From Flaccisagitta enflata (Eukaryota): a stretch of 64,000 bases of DNA. The notes below the pieces were generated by a model. That model searched no databases. It saw nothing but the letters and a program-made list of their open reading frames with translations, and was not told where the DNA came from. Position 1 is the stretch's first letter. The number at the start of each line of letters is the position of its first letter. Below are positions 27,142 through 41,660 of this stretch, in pieces. The stretch lies in assembly GCA_965153355.1 (NCBI GenBank), contig OZ231126.1:21266001-21330000 (forward strand), in the 5' to 3' direction. Made by a program: the position numbers and the translations under genes.

Positions 27142-27249
27142 CAAAGTTACCACTCATTTCATCGTTGGTGGGGACTCATATGATACAATTATCAGCTGGA
27201 AGCCGGGAAAATATACGGATCAGAACATCATATATCAGGTCACGGGAGG

Positions 27250-27336
<87 letters not shown>

Positions 27337-27944
27337 AAAGGAAAAGTCTGGATCGTAAGTTTAGGACACAGTGGGTGTCATCATGCGGGTGATTCTTCTT
27401 TTGATTTTTTTTTAATCACGTCTTTAAGAATGACCGCAAAAGTTACACTTTTTTTTCTTTTTTTTTCTTTTTCTTATGCTTACTTCCTATTTTTTCTTGT
27501 TTCTTTGTTTTAGCTGAGGAAGGAAACCAAACCCAATTAATTGTCTGAATACAGTTGAACCCCGCTATGACAAAATCCTAGGGATCCACAAATTTTATAA
27601 TTACCAACAATGGAACTATGTTTCAGATAAACAAGGCCAAAAACATAGCCAATAAGTAATAGCTTGCAAGTGGGCAGGAGCAGTAATGCGGGTGGGTGGG
27701 ACCTAATACAGGTGGGCCAAGTCAATGTGTAATGTTCAGAAATTATGGACACATGTGTACACATCCTCTGATAGAGTCGCTTAGCAAGCAACAAAAAAAA
27801 AAATATCTTCAATAAGTCAAAATCTATTGCCCTTTACAGGCCGATGTCTATTACTCTTAGGGACGTTAAGGCAGGGTATCACTGTATATCTTCCCTTCTT
27901 TGATTTCTTTCTTCCTCTCTGTCTCTGTCTCTCTTTCTCTCTCT

Positions 27945-28089
<145 letters not shown>

Positions 28090-29575
28090 CTCTATTTTTT
28101 GTCACCTTTTTTATCTCCTGCTCGACCATAAATAGACCTCGTAAAGCAACGCAGTCGCTCCTTAGCAATGACCATTTTCAAGTATGGCACAATAGAGACT
28201 TTTTTTGCGCCTCACTGTAAAAAACCATTTTACTACTTGTTCCATCTTAAAAAAAAAGAAAGAAAAAAGCAATCATTGTTCGTCACCCGTTGTTATTCAA
28301 ACTTTGAAAACGAGACGTTTTGATTTCTTTAAGTAAGAATTTGCCATTTGCAAATTGCAAAAAAATCCAAATTAGATGAACAGTTTTGCTGTAGATAGTT
28401 GTTTAACTCGTCTGACAAGTGACAACCTTGAGAAAAATGCAATAGAGAGAAACCTCATCAGGCGAAAAAGAAAAAAAACATAACAAAACAAAACAAAGAC
28501 AAATATCAACCGTTTACGATCTAAATGAGGCAATAATTCCTAGAATGATAACCGAAACAATTAGAACCAAGATAGTTAGAGGCAATAACTTAAAAACTAC
28601 GGACGGACCGACGGACGGACCGACGGATAAGCAAGCCTTTCTCTATATTCTGTATGACATATGAAACAATACAGTATAGTGTACACGAGACCGCAAATTC
28701 ATCATCTCCAAATATCCCGAGAAAAGTGACTTCACGTCGAAACCGTTGCACTGTTAAAGAGGATGTTCATAATCTATGCTTGTGCATTGCAAACGTACAT
28801 GATGCCTTACTTAATGATTAATACTCACCGAAGACTGACGCAAGACTCACACTAAGCACGTATTATGAATATCCTCCCGCTCCAGCTGATATATAAGACG
28901 AAGGCCAGTTCAGAAAAAGATTAAATCATAAAACGTCCTCGTTAAAACGCGCAAAATGATTACGACATATCGGGTTTTAAGTTTTCTTCCTTTGTTTTCT
29001 TTCTTTCTTTGCATTACAAAGGAAATTCTTTTCTCCTAATTTTTTTCTCTCTTTTTTTGTTTCTCTCTTTTTTTGCTATTTTCTGAAGGAATCATCAGAC
29101 CGAAGAAAAAAAAATATTCGGGTGAAAAGAATGAAGATTTTAATTTTCTCCGTTTTTCCGTTGTTGGCCGAAATTCCTTGAGAGTTGGGCGACGGAAAAA
29201 AGAATGAATGAATGAATGAATGAATGGAGGAAAGAAGAGAAGGAAAGCAAAAAGGAGAGGAATGGAGGAAATAAAGGAGGAAATTCGGAGTAACGGAGAA
29301 GGAAGGAAGGAAGGAAGAAGAATGCGAATGCGAGTGGAAGAAAAGAAGACGTAATAAAAATTGCGAATCTCAATGGACCCATAAAATGCATTCAAGGTAA
29401 AAAACGAATTTTACAATCGATTTTTCTTGTTCAAGAATGACAGTAAAAAATTGCCGATGCAAATCCAGAAGAAAATAAAACTGTTTCTCACTCTATCTTC
29501 TGTATAGAAAATTATCTTCGATCTCTCTTTCCTTCTCTCTTTCCCTCTTCCTCTCTCTTACTTTCTTTTCAACTC

Positions 29576-29663
<88 letters not shown>

Positions 29664-29777
29664 TCCCCCCGCTGTTTCGACTCTTTTTCACTCTCGCGCA
29701 GTCACCTAAAGCATCTAAAAGTCATACATTAGAAATAAAGAGGTTGTAAAATGCCGACAGAGTATGAGAATAAGAGA

Positions 29778-29887
<110 letters not shown>

Positions 29888-30003
29888 TATCTCACTCTCT
29901 ATTTCTCTCCCTCTTTCCGTCGAATTTCACGATCGGGTTTAAACGAGGCAGGGCCGGACCGTATTATGGTTATAGTGCACTTGAGCTTCGACGATAACCG
30001 TCC

Positions 30004-30145
<142 letters not shown>

Positions 30146-30437
30146 TTTGGTTACGCCACAGATAGAAAGAACCAAATCGAGAAAAAAAACACTTTTTTTG
30201 CCCTTCTCCATGAAAATTCTTGTCTCTCATTCTCTGTTACTTCTTTTCATATTTCTCCCTTTCTTACTCTTTCTCTTATTCTTTATTTTTCTCTTTCTCT
30301 CCCAATCTGTTTTTTTTTCTCTCATTTCTAGAATAAGAGAACGACAGAAAGAGACACGAGAGATAGAGACGACGTTACAGACGATGACGACGACGACGTC
30401 GCTGTTGACGTTGATTCTGACGACGCCAATGCAAACC

Positions 30438-30526
<89 letters not shown>

Positions 30527-30625
30527 ACACCTATTTTTTCTCTTTCTATATCTACGACTCTAACATGATGAATAGAGAAAGGTTCACTCTCTTCTCTTCC
30601 TCCTTAGAAATAAACGCTCTTCTTC

Positions 30626-30731
<106 letters not shown>

Positions 30732-31802
30732 TTCATTTGATATGTTTAATTGTAACCGGAATTTTTCTCCTCATCCTCACACGTTGAGGAGGAGGAGGAG
30801 GAGGAGGAGGTGAGGAAGAAGGAGAAACGAGAAAAGAGAGAGGAAGGGGAGAGACACGATTGAGGAGAAATAAAAACAAGGAGGAGGAGTAGAGGAGGAG
30901 GATGTGAAAGAAGAAGTCAAGGATGAGCTCATCTCTACATTGACTAGACGCGTATGTGTGATTGTGTGAGGAAATTAAAAATCAGCGAGAGAGAGAAAAG
31001 AAATTGCATCGCAGAGATGATTAGATTAAAGACAGAGAGACTCAAACAAAGCCGCTTAGGTCATCATAGGTGCCCTTAAAAGAAATAGTTGACAAATACC
31101 CAAAAAAGGCCGATTTAGACATCAGTGGTGCCCATTGAAAATGTTGTTGACTGGAAGTCAAACTGGGTCAATTAAGACATAAAAGCCATTAGGAGGTTAG
31201 AAATGCCCATTACACATACATGGCCGACACGCCTGCAAACAAGGCTGATTAGGCCATCTGAGGTTCCCACTGGAGTTGTTGTTGACGCAAACCTAAGAAA
31301 GATCGGTAAGGTTATTGGATGTGCTTTTTAGTCGTGGGCAAGCCTGATAAGTCGGTCGGTCGTTTGATCGGTCGCTGCCCCTGCTCACCCGCCCGAGACA
31401 TAGATAGCCGTGTATCCGGCCTTGTTTGAATCTTTTTTTTTTGCCGTCAGACACCCATACGAAGCCGGGCAGAACATGGGGGAAGACGTTCAGATCCGTT
31501 TTGAGCAAGCCGAGACAAAAAGCCACTTAGGGTCGGGAAGATAAGATGTTTCAAATTTAAGATTCCAATCGATCATCACAATAAGACGGACGAACAATTG
31601 TCAGAAGTCGCTTGAATGCTGGAAACTTTACCATAGATACAACATCCGTGAGTGGCTGATGAATTCGTGATTACGTGACTTGGTAGCTGTGTTGTTGTCC
31701 CTGGATCTATTTGAAATTTTTGACAGAAATTTGCGAATTGTGCGTTTGGACTAGGAGGTACATTTCAGTGCGTGCTCGAAAAATTACGCCATCGTTGGTG
31801 CG

Positions 31803-31905
<103 letters not shown>

Positions 31906-32181
31906 GTGTGTGAGTGTGCGTGTGTGAGTGTGCGTGTGAGTGTGAGTGTGCGTGTGTGGTGCGTGTGTGTGTGCGTGAGTGTGGACGTTACAAGAGCTTA
32001 TCTGTGCGCTTTGATTAACTGGGCCGCAAAAATGTCAGAAATTTCTTTTAAGAAGACGAATGAACAAGCAAGAAAAACGAGTTATTCAGTTTCATTGACC
32101 TTTGTTTTTGAAATTGCTTACGACGTGTTGATTTAGTTGTAGTCTATGTCATTGTTTTCACTTTTTAGTTTTTTGGATGTT

Positions 32182-32246
<65 letters not shown>

Positions 32247-32388
32247 TCGTTTTTGTTTTGTTTTTGCTTTTGTTTTTGTTTTGTTGTTTTCACTTTTTTA
32301 GCCTTTTTGAACTTGGATGTTGTTGTTGTCGTTGTCACTGTCACTGTCAATGTTGTTGTCGTTGTCGTTGTTGTCGTTGTCGTTGTCG

Positions 32389-32489
<101 letters not shown>

Positions 32490-33505
32490 GCTTTTGTCGT
32501 TGTCGTTGTCGTTGTTGTTGTGGTTGATGTCGTTGTCGTTGTTGTTGTTGTTTTCTTTCCAAAAGCGCGTTATTCGTGCTGTTGATTTTTCGGCGTCTTC
32601 AGTGCGGCGCTCCCCAGAAAAAAACTTATGATATAAGAAGAATCCTAACAGCAATTTTCGTTTCCGTCTTTTATTCCGAAAGACGACTCTTTTCTATTCT
32701 ACGGCCACGCGCAAAAATCGAGAGAATGAGAGAGAGAGAGATAGAGAAAGGGAATAAGAGACAGAGCGCGAGCGCGAGACAGAGATAGAGACAAAGTGTA
32801 TAAAAGAGAAGGAGGGTGAAATTTCCCCTTTTTTTCGGGCAAAACGCGTGCGGCGGAAGGAGACGTTCTTCGTCCTTTATCGTCATCGCCGTCCTTCGTC
32901 GTCATCGTCGTCATACACGTCGTCGTGGTCGTCATCGTCGTCATCGGCTGTATGATTCAATCGTTGTCATGATAAAAGTCGTTTTCGTTGTCGTTATTGT
33001 ATTTTTTTTTTATTGATAGTAATCGTTATGAATTTCTATGCTTTCCAATTTCACGGAATGGTTAAAAAATAATCAAACAAAAGTAAATATAGATTTGATT
33101 TGATTTCAGTTTATCTAACAATATCCTCGACGGTCACGTATGAGACTTTGAATAGATTTCTGCGAATTTGAACAAAATCTAAACAAGGCCAACACCCATA
33201 AGCCGCGTGCGCTTACCAACACCCAATCATTAGAATAACTATGTTGACAAAAATTACTTTGTTCAATGTTGTTGACTAGAGTGACTTATGGATCCTTCAC
33301 AAGGACTAAAATTCCGTCAACACAGCTTCAATCCGAAAAACAGAGCCAAAGAAGTCAAGTCCAAAATGAGGGTAAAAAAATTCACTAAGTGTGACTGATA
33401 TACTGATGAACCTACCAATGGACCAACAGATGAACTGAGAGACGCACCAACCACTAGACCGACTGACAGCCCAAGAAATGGACCGATCCAGCGGCTTATG
33501 AAAAG

Positions 33506-34161
33506 AACAAGGCCGGATACACGGCTACCGAAGTCGCGTGCGGGTGGGCACGGGCGGTGATTAATAGTCGCAAAAGCGTTAGATGGTCAGCGGTACCCGT
33601 GCCCTGCCTAAGTAGGTTGTGCTGGATGTTAAGGGGGGAGCAGGGCAGCGGCTTCACACATATGGGGAATTTTCTCCTTCTTCTTCTTCTTCTTCTTCTT
33701 CTTCTTCTTCTTCTTCTTCTTCGGCCTTGAGTGCCCTCCTCCTCTGAACCTCCCCTCCCCCAGCCTTCAAGCCTTTATCTCAGACTCAAGGCCCAAATCC
33801 CTTGAGAAAATTGGGCCTTAGAGTTAGGATTTGGGCCTTAAGGTTGGGATTTGGGCCTCATGATTGGGATTTGAGCCTCAAGGCTAGGATATGGGCCTTG
33901 AATCTGAGATATGGGCCTGGAGGCTGGGGGGAGGGGGTACAAAGAAGAAGAGGGAGAAGAAGAAGAAGAAGAAGAAGAAGTAGGAGAAAATTTCCCATAT
34001 TTGTGAAAGCAAAGGTCATCCGCCCCTTCGGGGCCGCTGCCCAAAAAGGATAACCCAAGCACTTGGGCGGGAGCAGTAATGTAAAAACCGTCAGTGAAGG
34101 GATCGACCGACCGACAGAATAACCGAAATAGCGGGTTATAGATTCGCGTGCATGCGACTAA
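33506..34161 (-). mobile_element. HINE with a nested long-IR element (~33585-34047) carrying 20 bp tandem repeats; counterpart ~54270-54937
   Basis: Outer ends aacaaggccggatacacggc and tcgcgtgcatgcgactaa; inner gggcagcggc..catatggggaattttctcc(ttc)n / (gaa)n ggagaaaatttcccatat..ggggccgctgcccaaaa. Confidence 0.7.
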
Positions 34162-37090
34162 CAATGGACGGACTGACAGACAGACCAAGGACTGATTAAC
34201 AAATCAACAAAGCAGGATAAAGAGATTCGTAGCACGCGACTAGCAATGAAATTGATTTTTGGAGTCTTTTTGAGCACTAGGCGAAGTACTTTTCGCTCAT
34301 AATCTTTCTAACTTCAGAATGATTGAGTTTTTTTTTTCTTTCTGAGGCAAAACAAACTATATTTGCAAACATTGAAGATAATCAAATATACGTTTTTAGA
34401 TCCGTTAAAGTCGTAGTTGATTTCGCCATTCTTGAGAGTTAAAAAAAAAGCATGGACCGCACAAATCAGTCCTCATTCGCAAAATACTCCAGCACCTACG
34501 TCAGACAGTGCATCGGTCACTTCGCTGACTGGCCCCCTAATCAGACAAACACGCAGACTTATAGTCAATAACACAATTAGCCGATCGACCACTTGATATT
34601 CTCTCCATCGTCTGCCGTAGGGGATCGGATCAATGAGCAGTGAGCAGTGAGTGGGGATGTGGGAAAAGCAATGTGGGAAGGGGGTGATAAGGAGGGTGGG
34701 AGAATGGGACAGGGAAAACAAAAAGAAGAAGAAGAAGAAGAAGAAGAAGAAGAAGAAGAAGAAGAAGAAGAAGAAGAAGAAGAAGAAGAAGAAGAAGAAG
34801 GAGAAGAAGAAGAAGAAGAAGAAGAAGAAGAAGAAGAAGAAGAAGAAGAAGAAGAAGAAATAGAAAAAAGAAAAAGAAAAAGAAAAACAAAAAAGAAAAA
34901 GAAAAAGAAAAAGAAAAAGAAAAAGAAAAAGAAAAAGAAAAAGAAAAAGAAAAAGAAAATGAAAAAGAAAAAGAAGAGGAAAAAGAAAAAGAAAAAGAAA
35001 AGGAAGAAGAAGAAGAAGAAGAAGAAGAAGAAGAAGAAGAAGAAGAAGAAGAAGAAGAAGAAGAAGAAGAAGAAGAAGAAGAAGAAGAAGAAGAAGAAGA
35101 AGAAGAAGAAGAAGAAGAAGAAGAAGAAGAAGAAGAAGAAGAAGAAGAAGAAGAAGAAGAAGAAGAAGAAGAAGAAGAAGAAGAAGAAGAAGAAGAAGAA
35201 GAAGCAGAAGAAAAAGAAGAAGAAAAAATAAGATAAAAAAAAAGAAAAAAAAAGAAAAAGGAGAAGAAAGAAGAATTTTGTAATCTCGAGGTTGTCTGGT
35301 AAACAAATTTGTCGGACGAAAGTCGAAAGATGCGAAAGCGAGACTAGGATAAGCGCCTTCACCCGAGCCAAGTCGGCCAACTTCAAAGTCGGATTGTTTT
35401 CGGTACATCATCTTGTGAATTTCAAGGATGTTGTATTCTCTCGTAGTCTTCTCCACCCTTTTTGGACTCCTCTGCTCCTCCCTTCCCCCTGGGGCTCCAT
35501 AGTTACGAGTGCCCAGTTTCCAGACTTAAACACAAATTTAAGCATTAAAACAAGGCCAAAATCCTTGCCTCCTAATCCTGGCCCAAACCAAAATGTCTGA
35601 GCGCAGCAAGGCTCAAATGCCAAATTAAAGTTTCTCATTAAGGCTTTATGTAACCATTGATAGCTGGAGCTGGATGAGATGTAAAGCCCAAGTGATTGTT
35701 CAAATTGAAGGTCCGGTGACCTGAGTATTTTGATCTGACAGTGTGCCTTTCTACTTAGCTTTTAGCCGCGGACGAGGGACTCTATGTGAGTCTATGTCAA
35801 TTTGTCTGTTTGTCCCTCTGTCCGTCGTTTGGACAGTAATACCTGCGTTGAAAAGTGTGAAATGGGCGTATTTTTGCCCCTGCCTACTCGTTGGCGACTG
35901 ACATTGGCCTTGTATCCGGCCTTGTTAACTAACTTCTTCTCAAGTCGCACTCGATGCGGTACAAAACATTTCTGTTGATTTGTTTCGGTTTGAAAATGTG
36001 TTCTGGCGATCGTCCTGACGTCAAGATGATAGATAACGTTGTAAATGGCTGTAAAAAACTGAGATAAAAGAAAAAAAGAAGGCAACTTAAAAGGCAAGAA
36101 AGTAAACTTGCTCCGAGAATTGAGAGTTTGAGGCTGTAAATCAATTTTAAAGAAACAACGATGACAAAGCCAAAATAAGGGAAAGATAAAAACAACAACC
36201 ACAAAAAAAAACAAGTCCAAATTATTGTACATAAAAAAAACACACTTGAAATGGAAAGTAATTTCTTTTGAGAACTGCGCAATAAACATGAAATGGAAAA
36301 TTCATGTGTCAGCTGATTAGGATTATGATTTGCATGATGATATATTCTCTCAGACTTGTATACACCTTTCAAAAAAAATAAGGTCATCATGAATACACAG
36401 AAAGATATGAGTGTCATTAAAAACGGCTCAAGAAATCCGATCCTCGTTTTCAACTGATATATATTAGTCCATAAAAAAGAAGGAAAGGATCTTGAGAAGG
36501 AAAGAGAGAGAGAGAGAGAGAAGCCCGAGGAGGGGTCTAATTGGCGACGCAGTAAAACCAAGTTTTATGCCCCATTTTCTATTGATTTTTAAAGCATCCG
36601 AAAAACTCGTAAAAATCGTCTTTCGTGTGCGTGGAAAAAACTTCGGCAGAAGCACAAAAAAGATCTATGAAGAGAGAGATATAAAGAAAAAGAGATAGAG
36701 ATACATAAATGAAGTTGCTTGCCTTTGAATCTCTTGGTATCTGTTCAGTGCTTTCTATGGATGGGACGTTAGTGGGGATAATTGGTCTGTCGCCTGCGCT
36801 GTCTGTATCCACTTATGTGCCTATCTTTGGAATGTTGGTGCAAGTTATTTCATATCGATGGTTCATGTCGATATCCGTGAATCGTTTGCTTTAATCTTAA
36901 GTGATTCCGTTTTAAGCCGTGTCCCGGCATTCAGCTACTATGAACGCACCATTTCGCCAAATGGTCAAAAATCGTGGCCAGATAAATCCTGAGCTGTTTG
37001 ACCCCAAATCTTGTATCATAACGTCATTTCATGTTGAATCTGTTGTCTCCTTCCAAGGTTATAACTCTATATTTCCTGCTAAACTATAAG

Positions 37091-37126
<36 letters not shown>

Positions 37127-38212
37127 AAGTCGTTGTCATCGACGTCGCCATCATCATTATCGTCGTTGTCATCGTATTTTTAGTCATTACCTTCGTTCCT
37201 ATCGTCATTATCTTGGTCATATGTATGTGCACTCATTGTCATCATCGGGCTCATCATGTTTCGAGCTCGTAAACGTCTTCAATATCCGTCGATGGTCCAC
37301 AATTTTGGATCTCATTCTACCCTTTTCTACTTGTCTTGGCCTCTGCTTCCTCTAGCTTGCCAGGTTGTTGCGAGGTCCGAGACACGGCATTTGTTGCTTC
37401 ATCAAATTGTACTTCATTGTTTGTTTTAAGTCCCCAACGAAACACCCGTTACAAAATACAATGTGTCATCATCTTTACATGCTATAAGCAAGCGCAAATG
37501 ATAATTTTGTGGTCAAATCTGTTTGTTTGTTTTTTTACAATCATTTCAATCAATCTCGTTGGATTTTCTCACAAATCCATTTTGTGTCATTTTTCTTTGA
37601 CTCAAAGGTTCTAGTTTTTTTTTCTTTCAGAATGCTTTTGCAGACATCTGTCAGTTGAATCAAAGTTTTAAGGTCATTTCTGATGACGTTTCAGGTGACA
37701 TAGTTCCTGTCATTGATGTCATTGTCGACGTTTTCCCTTTTCCATCATTATCCTTGTCATAATCCCAAATCCACTGTCATCATTGTCATCATCATTGTCT
37801 TTGGCTTCATTGCCATTAATGCCCTGAAATGTCAGTGTCAACTGAGTCTTCTACTTTTTTCAATTTGCCTCAACTTCCTCCCCCCCCCCATCACTGAAAC
37901 TTTTTTACCTCCTACTCCGGCCAAGGCCGTCGGCCCATATTCTGCCAATCGACAGTAAAACTGTCAGCACAAAGATTCTTTCAATAGATATTAAATCTGG
38001 GAATGGAGGAAAACCCGTATGAGAAAAAGAGAGAGACAGAGATTGAGAGAGAATAACAGGGATATGGCCATTTATGGGGAAAAAGGTTTAGCGGGAAAGC
38101 CAGTTGTAGCCACAAAAAATGAATATACAATGGGAAAACGTGTACCAAACCACATCACGAAAAAAAGGGCATTTGGAACCTTTCTAACCTTCAGTCCCTG
38201 TGTGTTTGTGTT

Positions 38213-38426
<214 letters not shown>

Positions 38427-39068
38427 TTTTCTCTCCATCTTTTTTTCTCCCTCTGCACTTTCACTATAAATCAATCTTAAGCAGACAGTTTTTCTCCTTT
38501 TCTCTTTCTCCCAACGAAAATCTCTCTTTTCGGGGTGTTTAAAACTGTTTTTCATGTAGATTTGCCAGCTTTCCCCGCGACTGTATAACCTTTACTGCTT
38601 GGCTGTATACAGGTCCTTTTTTTTTCAAAATGGAAATGACAAGTGCTGGTGAGTAAACAAGATATTTACATTTTTGGCTTTTTGCTTATTGACTTTATTT
38701 TCAACGTCGCGACATTAATGTCCGAAAACACATGTGAACAATCGTCATTCGTTACTTTGGGAAAGCTATTGTTTACTTAATACGCACATGAAAATTTAAA
38801 AATCATGGGTAGAATAATAATCGGTTTGTTCCTATAATTGGTTTGAATTTCAGCAGAAATTTGGGTTCATCTACCATTTTGAAGATTTTCAAATATTGTG
38901 TGAATCTAGATGGACTAGAAGTGGTTATACAGTGGAATCTCACCTTTCACCTCTCACCTCTATTTAAACCGAGTCTCCACTAGGTTGAAACTAGCAAGTT
39001 AATATCTAATAAGACAATTTATCGTGTTTTACATCTCCGTAGTTACTCGGCTCAATACACGATTGAAT

Positions 39069-39250
39069 ATACTATCAAAACGCGCTCTAACGGACCCGTC
39101 ACCATCGAAATTCCGCCTATACCAGATGCAAATTCTTGGTCCCTTCAAGGTTATTTCTTTTATTTCCTCTGTTGGCAATAACGGAAGTCCGCCTATAACA
39201 GAAGAAAACTGTTGGTCCCCTGAAATCCGTTAGCGCGGGGTTCAACTGTA
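39069..39250. mobile_element. Tc1/pogo-type MITE remnant (counterpart 59859-60040)
   Basis: Right end tccgttagcgcggggttcaactg|ta, with a degenerate left IR cgcgctctaacgga. The same terminus (tacagttgaaccccgc) is present at ~27550. Confidence 0.5.
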
Positions 39251-39463
39251 CGTTTTTAGTCATGGTTTGACGGTTTTGATAAATATGTATTTATTGAAAA
39301 CGACACCGTTACCCCGGACGCAAAGACTAAAACAGTTCATAAATTTGATTTAACAAGTCCGAAAACGATCGAATCAAAGAGAGACGCTCTCGTTCATTCC
39401 AAACTAACGACCCAATGATATACAATTAACAAGATGACAGCTACAGCCTAGGCGAAAATAGAG

Positions 39464-39559
<96 letters not shown>

Positions 39560-40042
39560 AATATAAATCGATATCCTGAAAACAACGCAGAAAAGAAAAA
39601 AGGTATGCAACTGGCGGGAAGACGGACGCCGAGCGGATCAAATATTGACTTATAGAGTCGCGTAGATGTGACTTAATGGATGGAAAGGAGAGCAAAAAGA
39701 CAAAACTTTAAAAAATGAAAGAAAAAAGAAAAGAAATAAAGAAGAAAAGAAAAAAGAAGGAAAGAAAGAAGGGAAAGAAAAGAAAAAGAGAAAGTAGACG
39801 AAAGTGAGAAAGAAATAAGAAATAGAAAAAGAAAAAAAGCAAGAAAGCAAGAAAAAAAAAGAAAGAAAGCAAGAAAGCAAGAGAGCAAGAGAGCAAGAAA
39901 GCAAGAAAGAGAGAAAGGAAGAGAGAAAGAAAAAAAGAAAGAAAGCAAGAAAAAAAAAGAAAGCAAGCAAGCAAGAAAGCAAGAAAGCAAGAAAGAGAGA
40001 AAGCAAGAAAGAGAGAAAGAAAGAAAGAAAGAAAGAAAGAAA

Positions 40043-40210
<168 letters not shown>

Positions 40211-40506
40211 AAGAAAGAAAGAAAGAACGAAAGGAAGAAAAGGTAGAGACATAGCAAGAAATATAACAAGAATGAAAGAAAGAAAGTAAGAAGAATTCAA
40301 GAAAAGATAGAAAGCATCACCGATGAAAAAAGGAAAGAAAGGACGTAACAAAAAGAGCAAACGTTGGCTCGCGTTACGGCTAAAGTGGGCATTGAGTCGT
40401 TGGCCCGGCTTTAAAAATCGCCCTAAAATTTTTTGATGCGACTATTTGGTTTGAAAACGTCGTCGTAACTGGCGGCCGATTAGGGCGTAAATCAGGCATC
40501 CATAAT

Positions 40507-40789
40507 AACAAGCCCGACCGGGCAAAGATGCGTCCGGGCTGTGTCTCTGCGTGTATTGATCATGAGACATATACGGAGAGACAGATGGACGAACAGACGG
40601 GTGAAACGACTGAGTAATAGAGGAGGCTCTCAAAACGTGTTTGTTGATCATTTGTTTCAGTGTAGGATCTTACCGTGGCCAAAAACAGCCGAGAAACGCG
40701 GTTTTTGCACAGGCGTAACGGACCGACGGACGGACGGACGGACCGACCGACGGACAAACCCTCTTATAGAGATGCGAGGACGCATCTAA
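40507..40789 (-). mobile_element. HINE/Helentron-like element, present only in copy A
   Basis: Minus strand reads ttAGATGCGtcctCGCATCTctataag ... ggacgcatcttt GCCCGgtCGGGC ttgtt. Copy B has the empty site cataataataactg (~62136-62149). Confidence 0.88.
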
Positions 40790-41399
40790 TAACTGAAAAG
40801 GTTAAGGCAGTATAGGGGATGCAGAGGCTTGAGGACGCAGGGACGCAGGGAAACGGATGGACAGAGGGAGGGAGGGACGGAGGGAGGGACAGAGAGACAT
40901 AAGGTTACGAGGACGCAAGGATATTGACTGGTAGATGAAAAGAGAGAAGGAACTCAGAAATGTTTGGATGCGGAGATGAAAATGTGGGATAAGGAAAAAC
41001 AAAAATAAGAGGACGCAGAAGGAAGATGCGGGATGACGGACGCGGTAGAATAGATGAGATATCGTTTGGAGGCAAAGAACCAGGGCTACGGAAAGAGTAT
41101 TAGTAGCGCAGAGACATGAGGACGCGGGAATGATGAATCATGAGAGAGTGAAGATGCGGAGGCACGGTACAGAAGATGCGGAGGCTCAAGGATTCCGAGG
41201 AGCAGGGATTCAGGTTGAGTATGAGATATACGAAGCCATGAGGATACAGGAACACAAGGACGCAGATGTCCTCAAGATATGCAGAAAATCGAGTTATTAA
41301 GTGAAGAAGTGAAGTGAGAGCAGGGCAGCGGCTAATGTCCTTTAGACCACAGAAGTTAATCTCCGAACATCCGGTGCCGCAGAAGGCTAATCTAGGTCT

Positions 41400-41660
41400 A
41401 ACAAGTCATCCAAGGATCGCACATGGTCAGCGGTACCCGATGCCCTGCTTAGAGTGCTTGGCTGAAGAAGTGGAGTGAGAGCAGGGCAGCGGCCCCAAAG
41501 GGCCGATGTCTTGTAGGACACAGGGGTGAATTTCCATACATCCTGAGAGGGCATATTTGAGGCCTTAGTAGCAATTTTCCATGATATTCAATGGGAATTT
41601 GGCATTTTTGGGCAGCGGCCCTGAAGGGGACGAAGTCCTGTAGAACACAGGGTATAATTT
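41400..41660. mobile_element. Truncated fragments of the long-IR (gggcagcggcccc) family
   Basis: Near-identical to 16606-16745, followed by ttttgggcagcggccctgaaggggacgaagtcctgtagaacacaggg. Confidence 0.7.
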
